From Vicugna vicugna (Eukaryota), in contig MU058451.1 in the NCBI GenBank assembly GCA_013265495.1, positions 1,010,584 through 1,074,583 on the forward strand: a stretch of DNA of 64,000 bases, in the 5' to 3' direction. This document shows positions 14,301-23,560 of this stretch, piece after piece. The stretch's first letter is position 1. Every line of letters begins with the position of its first letter. The notes below the pieces were generated by a model that worked only from the letters and a program-made list of their open reading frames with translations, was not told where the DNA came from and did no database searches. Made by a program: the position numbers and the translations under genes.

Positions 14301-16158
14301 ATCCAAGGGGGCGGCCCCCAGCACATGCTCTGTTTCAATATTGCCTGGTTCTTATTTTGTAGGAGACAATTTGCCAGTAAGTTGATGACAAAATGAAAAC
14401 ACCTTATACCTATTTCATTTTTTAATATATAAGAAAATTAGCAATTATAATTTCATAATTACACCTACCAACATGTATTGGTATTAAGCTGAGTAATCTA
14501 GCATACTTAATCTTTTTTTATTTTTAAGTCACTTTAAATAAGTGTCCCATTTGGACTTCACAGTGATGAGAATGGCTGTTAAAGGTTTCCACCTATGGTC
14601 CCCTGATGCTGCCCTCAGGGGCCGCCCTGCATGCTGACACTGGCGTGGGGCCGGCCAGTGCAGGGTCTGCCGTGGTCTGTGTGCCTGCACACACCAGGCC
14701 ACACCGAAGCAGTCAGGCTCACACCTGAAGCCACATTCCAAAGGAGAAGAAAAAAGAACTGCTTGCATTTATTTGCTCTATAAAATCTATTTAAATGCTA
14801 GAATGACATTCCTATAAATAACTTAAATTTCTTTTTGATTGCCCATCGAAATGGGAAGAAAAGTGTTTCAGATGAAAAGGAACCTTATTCAGGGATTCCT
14901 TTTAGCTAGGTCAGCAAAGTTTTTACTTTTGACAGTGACCATTTTTCATAAATTATTTACTCAAAAAAGAAAACACAGACTCCTTAACACGTAAAAGCAC
15001 TCACTGTTGCTACAAAAGTTATTTTATATTGTGTCTATTATCATAAATTATGTATCGTTGTTTCAAAAAGGCTTCGCTAATACATACTGGGATACTACAC
15101 CAAACAACTTTATGGCATTTAGTTTTGTTTATTTTTAAGAACTGAGATAAAAGATCAACACGGTGATTGAGAAAAAATGATGGTTAAGGGTTTTGTGAAT
15201 GGATGGAATTCTAATATAGATAATGTATTGAACGTCTAGTGAAACTTATGTTCTAAGTTCATCAAGGTCCTAAGGCTTAATAAGGAATAAATAAGCAAAA
15301 ATATCACCTGCAAAGAATTTTTCAATAGGCTAAAGTAGAAATAAATACAATGCAATATATAACATATCCACCTAGCTGGTGAAATTTAAAAACATGCATA
15401 GGACCTAAATAAATGTGCATGACAGCTAACAACACATACAAATAGCTTTATCTATATGTTTAGACTTAGGTATATATAGGTATGTATGGATTAAAGTAGG
15501 TATTTTTATTTACATAAATATTCATACGTATTAATTATACAAAAATAATTGTAACAGTACTATGTTTGAATAAGCTACTTAATCTCTAAGAAAGTAAATT
15601 AATTTCACGTTATCTTCCAAATCAGGTTGTATATTTATAAACAATAAAGGTTTTTTTTTTTTACTTATTTATATTTTAATGGCCAAAGCCACAAGAACAT
15701 TAGGCACACAAATTGTTTTATTGATATTTAAAAACAACCCAGCCCAATGTTGCATTTAAACAAATTTGGTTATATTTAGTAACAAAGGGAAAGTCAAATA
15801 AAGGAAATAATTCCAAATTTTCATTGCTTAGATAGCAAAACAACTGCAAATTGATACTGTGCTGTGGAGAACGAGCAACAGGAAGATAAAACACACTCAA
15901 AGGTTAAACATGTCATGCACACATACACAGGTGTACCATGTATACATATGCGTCTATGCAAAATAAAGCCAGTCTACGTAATGTTACAATAACGTGAGCC
16001 CCTGAGGGTGAATACTGATTCATAAGTCAAACTACCTAAACAAGAAATGGAATAGTAGTTGCATGGATGTGACAACCGAAATCATAACCATCTGAAAAAC
16101 AGTGTATATTGATGAAGAAACAAAGTGCAAAGTAAACAGTGAGAAGGCAGACACTCAC

Positions 16159-16273
16159 CTTCGGTGCCATTGGGAGTCATGGAATTACTATTTATATGAG
16201 AGTTATCGAGTTTGGGGGATTCACTACTACCACTCAGACGGCTATGCGGGCTGGTTAGATCCTGCATTTCCAT
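16159..16273 (-). CDS. EYA1: EYA1 coding part of exon 3 (whole exon 16159-16277): [38 protein letters not shown], ending in phase 1
   Basis: The translation matches the N-terminus of mammalian EYA1 as I know it ([20 protein letters not shown]...[15 protein letters not shown]). The acceptor is ...tcttgtctttag|GTCTATG (AG at 16279-16278) and the donor is GAAG|gtgagt (GT at 16158-16157). The ATG is at 16273-16271. Confidence 0.97.
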
Positions 16274-17648
16274 AGACCTAAAGACAAGAAGCCTTCCGTT
16301 TGACAGATGTACCAAATTCATAACAGCACTCTTTAATGCGCTAACGACTTCACACCTTCTTTGAAACACATTCGCACAGAAGTCCCATTGTATCTCTTTT
16401 CTTAGCCTCAAAATAGTTCATCTTACATTTTAACTTCAGTCATCCTTTCATAACGTGTATTATTAAAAATGTCACTGGCCTTACCTATCCAGCCAAACAT
16501 TCATATGGAGATTTTTTTGTTTTTAAATCTCTTTTTCTCTCTTAGATAGCTCGTCAAGTCACAAGATCTAAGGAGACAATTTCACCTATCTTTATTCCCA
16601 AAGAAAACATGCAGTCATGCTTTGTGTTCTGTATTGGGGGGAAAAAAAAACAAACCCAAGATATTATTTTTTCTAAAAGAAAAGTAAAATTGAAAAAAAA
16701 ATCACTTTTCTATGGAATCTGTTTCATCTAATAAATTAGCACTAGGTACTCCCTTATAATTTACCGCCCAATTGTAATTTAATGGGTCTCCAAACCAAAT
16801 AAAACACTTGAAGCCTAGAGTCCAGTGACAGGGAATGAGATAGCCTTGATGCATGTGTTTACTCTGGCAAACTGCTTAATTGTTCCTCTGTTTCCCTTGA
16901 AACAAATGCAGCATTAAAACATTATGATGCTGGCTCACTTGTTTGCTTTGTGGATTACATACAGCGTGCCCAGCTGAGGCGGGATGGGCCAGCATTCAGT
17001 GAGTCCCCTGGAACACTGCTCTCGGAGTACCTCAGCTGTCACTTACTCGGGGAAGTAAGATCAATTCCACTTCACTGCTAAAACTGGGCATTTTCACAAC
17101 ACAAAAACAGCAAAACGCCCCCCCTGAAAGTTCTTCGACTCGGCAGTTTCATAGTCTCTCCAAGGTACAGAAGCCACTACTCATGCTCACAGTTTCAGAA
17201 CCAGCCATTTATAGTTCATCTTCTATTAATGAAGAGAGGGCTTTTCTGTTTTCTGACAGCCAAGTGTTAGAAAGTCTGAGGCCCATTCACTTTATTTTAA
17301 ACTTTATGTGTTTTTCTTAAAAAGGAGGGGTTTATTATTACATGTATGAAGACAAGACTGGCTGCTCCTTAGCCCAACCATGTCAATAAAAGCTAGTCAT
17401 TTTAATTCGGAGGTTGCACTTAAACTGACTGTAAACACCGGTTTTTAAAATGGCTTAACATGAAACCATTTTACTTCTACAGTGAGGTTTTACTTGCCCA
17501 AATCTTCTGAATTCAAACGAGAAATGGCTAAAAATCCAATTTCTGTCTCCTAATTCTCATTACACATTCACAGATTTCTTAACACCAGGAACCGTTTTCA
17601 AACCCAAGCTCCTAGTCCCTTTCTACACAGTTAAAATTTTCTCTACAA

Positions 17649-17654
<6 letters not shown>

Positions 17655-17687
<33 letters not shown>
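17655..17687. repeat. (AC)16 microsatellite in EYA1 intron 2
   Basis: Perfect AC run ~130 bp downstream of the exon 2 donor; it reads (UG)n in the pre-mRNA. Confidence 0.97.
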
Positions 17688-17689
<2 letters not shown>

Positions 17690-17815
17690 TCCTCAAGTAA
17701 TTTCCAACCGAAGCTGTGGCTATTAATAGAAATAATTAAGAAATACTAGACAAAAATAGATAGGGGTCACAGAAAGGTAATCTCCCCAAATGTCAAATAT
17801 CAACAATCTCCTTAC

Positions 17816-17865
17816 CTGCAACTTGAGGAAACAGCAACATCTGAACTGGTTTGAGATGTTTGCAC
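17816..17865 (-). CDS. EYA1: EYA1 exon 2 (50 bp). It is 5' UTR for the MEMQDL isoform and holds the alternative start ATG (17840) encoding MLLFPQVA of the exon-3-skipping isoform
   Basis: Minus strand reads cacag|GTGCAAACATCTCAAACCAGTTCAGATGTTGCTGTTTCCTCAAGTTGCAG|gtaagg, with canonical AG/GT. ATG to donor is 25 nt (phase 1), the same phase as the exon 3 donor, so skipping exon 3 keeps the frame. MLLFPQVA is the alternative EYA1 N-terminus I recall from human. Confidence 0.92.
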
Positions 17866-18500
17866 CTGTGATCAGGGGTAAAAAATCAGAAGCTGTTGTT
17901 ACTCTGCTTCAGTGTCAGCTCTTAATTATACAGAGCACATGGCTGAGGACGACAATGCTCTCTTTTAACCAAAAGAGAAAAAGGAGGATACTGCAGCGGT
18001 GAAAGGCATATTGTCTTTAAGTTGAAGCCTCCACTGTTGTTTCCTCCTCCAGGTCTACCCTCCTCCTCCCCTTGTCAGGGGGGGAAGGCAGCCAAATGAC
18101 GGGATAGTGATTCATCACTGGCCTATGACAGCTGCAAACGGGATTACCCCTCCCCCAATCAACATGCAAAGCAGCCTTACCCAGGCAGCTTGGAAAAGGT
18201 GCTTGGAAAAAAATAGCTATTAGCAAAATGAGCGTGTTTCACAGCAGCAGTTCAAGCATTAACCCTCCAGCATCCTCAGAAGATCTTTCATCTTCTGCTA
18301 TCACCCGCTGAAATAGAGTTCCCGCCCACGCCTTTGACTCCTGACAGTTCTTATCCTTATCGTGGTGGTTTTCTCCTATATTTACCATTGGTCATTTAGC
18401 ATTCACTAAAACAGCTTCTGGGCAACTTTCAGGCGATGCCGGGACTAAATTCGGGATGGCCAAGGCGAGTTCTCATCCCTGAAGTCCCACAGTTGAGCAC
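17866..18500 (-). promoter_or_regulatory. Candidate alternative (intronic) EYA1 promoter / 5' extension of exon 2
   Basis: The region looks repeat-free and moderately CpG-retaining. It has a perfect EGR/GC-box GCGTGGGCG (minus, 18323-18331) and CCAAT (minus, 18387-18391) directly upstream of exon 2. Confidence 0.5.
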
Positions 18501-21500
18501 TGGGCTTCATCTACCCAAGCAAATTTAAAATGCAGTTCATTTTAAAATTCAGTGAAATCCATCAGTGCCTGGTGCAAGAGAAAAAGCAGTTTGCTTTTCA
18601 ATTTCCCATCTTTTAAACCAGGAGCGAGAATGCACAGTTTAATAATCAATTCACTGTCTCAGTTTGCCAGAGTTTTGGTCTCATTTGCCTCCAGATGAAT
18701 CTGTATCTGGGATTTCACTGAACAACTAACTTAACACGCAGGCTTTGCTAGTCACTGCCCTTCCTCCAGAGGCAGCACAAACTGCCAGCAGGTGACAAGC
18801 TCAGGTGAGGGTGGGCTGCTGGCTCACAGGCTCAGGCTAACGCCCGTTTCCAAAGTAAAGAGCATTCTGCATAACGTTTAAAATGATTCAGAATTCCAAA
18901 TCCTTGATGTGCATTTTCATTCAACCTGAACTAGCATCAATTAGGGTTATAGAACAAAGATGAAAACTGAAGCATCTCAAATGGCATTAAAGTTATCCAG
19001 CCAAATTTCTTCTATTGAGTCCTGTTATTTTTTAATTATGATTTATGAAATTAAGAAGTACTACCTTTTTGGCAAGAATAAAGCATTGTTAAAGTCTAAA
19101 TATCTCGGTGTAATGTTACATGAAATTTCTAGGTATATTTTCCTATAATATGTGCAAGACAAAAAGCAATTTTTAAGAGATGTCTGCATAGTCAATGAAA
19201 ATTTAATTTTAATGCCTGTAGATAGGTCATTTTGTGATAACAGCCTTCTGTAATTTTTGTTAAAATTAATGTTCTTACACAAGACTGAATGTTTTCCTTC
19301 AGAAACTGCAGCATATACCTCAAGGATAAATTTTTTTTTTCCTTTTTTCCACTTGTATACACCTGGAATAAATTATAGGTGAGAACTAACTTAGTTTTAA
19401 GAACTCTCTTGGCTTAATTATGTGAAAGACTATGTAAAACACACTTTCTGTTAAATGTTAAAATACATTCCTATTTTAGTATTAGCTAGAGACTATAATC
19501 CTAGAAATATAATTTTAGTTTCATTGTATACTTTGAAGGTCTGATTATATTTGAGATTTTACCTATCGTATTTAAATTTCAAAGTCAATCTGTTAATAAA
19601 AAGATTAACTTCAAAATAAGAATTATTCTAACAGGTTTTCTCACTGAAAAAAAAAATGCATTCTCACAACATACTTTTTTAACGCTGGCTCGACTCGGTC
19701 TGTACTGTACTTGGTGCACCACAAGTTTTGATTCTGTATCCATGATCCTCATTTCATTAAGTGTACTTCAGATATATTCTTTTGTGTCTCAGGGATTATT
19801 TAAACCATGTGTTGTGTGTTACTGTTTTTAAAAATGACTCTTTAATCAAAATAACTTTAAAACAACTAATCCTCACTTAGGCTGGTCAGCTGAATCCACA
19901 TCGTGGTCCAGGAAAAATAAATCTACTCTCAAGAATGCGAATGCAGACAACAATTAGACACAGATGTGAGCAAAATTAGTTACAGTTTACAAAATGCTAC
20001 ACTTCACATGCTTTTAGTTTTTTATGTGTAGTACAAGATTACAGTGCAGTGAGGAAACATACTCTTGTAATGACTTATCTAAAAAGAACACCTATTTCTG
20101 ATGGGCTTTGATTTTCTCTTCTGTTTGACAATATCTCTGGAAGTTTCTGGGTTTTAAAGTCTAAAAACGTAACGTGTTGCAAAAAATAATTAATGAGGCA
20201 CGTTTCCATTCAAAGGAGAAAAACATTATTTCATGGTTTTCAGAAAAAGGCTGCTGGGCATTCAGTAAGCTCACATTTTCTGCTTTCCATCCCTAAACCT
20301 AATATGTTTCTTGTCTTCTCCTAATCTGGTATTTTTAATTCAAATGCTCCTGTGAGTGCAAAACTATTTCCCGTAACGTTATAAATGGTCATCTTATATT
20401 ACAATGAAGTCATTTCACTTTAATGCTTTTTAAAACTCTTTGTATAGAACGCCCCGTGTAGCGTACTGACAGAGTTGTGAAAATACAAAGAAAACAAGAT
20501 AGCAGGGCTTCTTAGAATTTAAATTCAGGAATCCTAAAGGAGTAACTTTGACTTCTGATTAGTTAATGAGGTCTTTTAAGTTTGCCTTTTTTTCTAATTA
20601 AATTTATAATTCTTCACAGATGTAACTTTTGTTGATGTTCAATTTGTCTCTCTCATTTTGTTAAACCTCACATAGTACTTCGCCAATCCATTGAATAGCC
20701 ACATTAAATCTGTTAATACCATGCTCTTCAACCCCCGAAATTATTTCCAGAAGGCAAACTTGCTTTGAGAGATCATCAAACAAGACTTAAGGTACACATT
20801 TTATCACATTTTCCCTACCACAGAGATCAGGATGCAGAGCAAAATTCATGACTTTTGCACTGTTTATTATACTTTGCTAAATTACAAATCAAAAGCATCT
20901 GACAGAAGATCATGGATGAAGCCAAAAAGTTAATAATGTTCTGTGAAAAGTAAACTGTAAATGGAAAGGGATTCTAAATCTCAGCAGCAGAGAGCAAATA
21001 AAATGTAGGTACTTGTCTAAATTATGGGTTTTCCACTGGCTTTTTTTGCTTGCTAGAAGCAATTTTTATAAAATGACTATAATTTTAAACTTTTTTTTTC
21101 AAACTAAAAAGAAATTTTCAAAGTGAAAGTACTGAACTTTTCTAAATAAATAGACTTGGCAGGCGAGCTGGTTTTGCCCAACCACAGATCAACCTGAGTC
21201 CTCCCAAATTTGAAAGACAATGGCAATTTTCTAATCAGAATGTATTTTATAGCGAAAAAAAAATTGTGCCTCAGGCATAGATCTGCTTTTAAATCGGAAT
21301 ATATTCTTGCTAAAAAGCTCCTTAATCAATATTCCCAAGTACGGTGTCAATGATGTAATAAAAACCTAAACCTAACAGTGAAATGAACTTCCAGGAAGAG
21401 GTAGATGTCTTTTAAATGTTTAACACTTACCTCCTTCTTTATCTAAGACTCCAAAAAATTAATGTTTTAATACTCTTTACAGATTTTTAATGTAATATAC

Positions 21501-23011
21501 GGTATCACTGATTCAAGTGACTTGTTTAAAGAAAATGACAAAATAGAGTCCCCGTGAAGACAAAAACAAGTATTTAAACAACGTTGATTCTACCTATAGA
21601 CTGAAAAGATTGTTTTCAAAAGTAGCATTTATTTAAGATGCTGAGTGAAATACTTTTGATATCTTATTAAATGGAAGAAAAGGTTTTATTCTCGCTGCAA
21701 GGTTTTTTTTTTCTTTCAATGTATTCTTATAAAATACATTTTCACAGTCAAATGGAAATTTTCTTTTCAGAAAATCATTTATTATGTCTACAAAACTCCC
21801 AGAGCAGTTGACTTCCCTTTGCCATTCTAAAGCTGAACAGTGGCTCAATTAGGCTTTTCTGTCTGTCACCGCGAAGAATTTTCAGGATTGAAAATCCAGG
21901 GCTGTTTGCTCACTTACTGAACACTTTGGGCCTTAGGAGAACTCAAGCAGCGAGAAAGTCAAATATCAAATATTTGATAATGCAAAAAAGCATGACTGTT
22001 CGTGGATGCATGTCTTCAAATCCCAAACAGTGGGCAAAAAGACTCACACCCACCTAAAATAAAACCTACTCTGAAAGACACATTGAGCAAACAATCCCCA
22101 GCCTATAAAACTACACTATGTGCTTAACTAGCGACTTTTCGTACCCCTTGTCATTTTAAGAAATGAAACCTAAAAACGCTTGTCTACGTGCAATGACAGC
22201 TCTGAATTTATTGAATGCCCGCAAATGCTGTGCTTAAATGTGTTCAAAAACTCCTCCCAAGAAATATAAGCCTATGAGTCATGAGCAATTCGTATACTGA
22301 TTCAGAATGACAAATATTTTAAATGGTAATTCAAAAGTTTAAGAGCCTTGTTTTTAATTTCAAGGTCCATTCAAGTCATATTAAGTGTCAATAAGTGAGA
22401 AATACATTAACTAGGCAAATGTTTATTATTTCACCTTTTGAAGATGAGCCTGTTTAATATGTTTGGGAAATCTGTTTATTGAAACAAAAGGATTTCCTTC
22501 CTTAAAAAGTGGTTTCAATTTATTTCTGTTATCTGTTGTCCTTTGAAAATGTTAATTCCTTCCTCATCTTCTCAAATCAAACTACAATATGTAGGAAAAG
22601 TTATCTGTGTGTTGCAATGGATAGATACATTTACCGCTTTAATCAATATCAAGGAGTTACAGCCGAGGTCTGTGCAGAAAAGAGATATAAACTAACCTCC
22701 CTACAAGAAAAGAGCCATGTATTATATTTATAGAGAGCACAACAAAATTGTTAACAATTAATTTGTAATTACCTCTTAATGATTCTAATCGCTCAGCTAA
22801 TTTGGGGGTTAAGAACTTATACTTTTATGATGCAACTCTGTGGCTAATAAAGCACTAAGTACAAAGTGTCATAATCTTCCCCACGCCCTAATGTTTTTAT
22901 TTTAAAACAAATCAAAACAATAACTCAAAGCGCTCCGGTTATCTTGGGCTTTGCCCACAGGACAGCTGTTGTCATTCGCTACAATTTTTCAAACAGTCAG
23001 CTTGTACTTAC

Positions 23012-23560
23012 AGCGCTTACATCTGCTGCATCCACCAGTTTAATGTGCTCCTCCGAATTTTCTGGTTTAGCAAACCTCCATTCCTGACATAGTTTTGCTC
23101 CTGGATCAGGACGCGGGAGGGCTTTTAGGAGCTCTGAGCGGAGCCCGGCGCTTCTGGAAGCGGAGCGCGTCTGCGGGGGGACGCCCGGCCGCGGGGACGG
23201 CCGCCTGGCCGCTGCTGCAGGCTCGGGCTGCCGGGCGACTGAGCGCGGACGCTCTCCCCCGCGAGGAAACCGCCACACCGGACGGCAACAGGAAGGCTTA
23301 GAGTCGGAAGTGGCACTGGAGAGTTTCTACCTCGCCCCAGACTCGGAGCCATCGGCTCCCACCGTTCTGCTTGGTAACCGCCTTGAGCCCTGCGCTCTTT
23401 CCCCACTAAAGAGCAGCAGCAGATAGCATCTGAGAACCCCAGACAAAGAAACGGCACAATCTCACCCCTCTTGGATTTGTTTGCGCAGCCTTGTAGGTCT
23501 GCCCGTGGAGCCTCGGGGCTTTTCTTGTTTTTGCAACGCAAACCACAGCTATTCTCTTGT
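23012..23560 (-). other. EYA1: EYA1 first exon (5' leader); the 5' boundary/TSS is approximate
   Basis: It ends ...GGATGCAGCAGATGTAAGCGCT|gtaagt (strong donor, GT at 23011-23010), overlaps a CpG island, and lies 5.1 kb upstream of exon 2. The TSS cannot be fixed from sequence alone. Confidence 0.8.
23100..23420. promoter_or_regulatory. CpG island at the EYA1 promoter/first exon
   Basis: Abrupt GC- and CpG-rich segment (e.g. gcggagcgcgtctgcggggggacgcccggccgcggggacggccgcc) in otherwise AT-rich, CpG-depleted DNA. Confidence 0.9.

Noticed and set aside
1..16158. Next EYA1 coding exon (VKTEPMSS...)
   Set aside because: I did not find it on the minus strand; it presumably lies beyond the left edge of the window.
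16082..16411. 109-aa ORF as a single-exon gene
   Set aside because: Only 16159-16273 is EYA1 coding sequence. The rest is read-through into introns beyond canonical splice sites.
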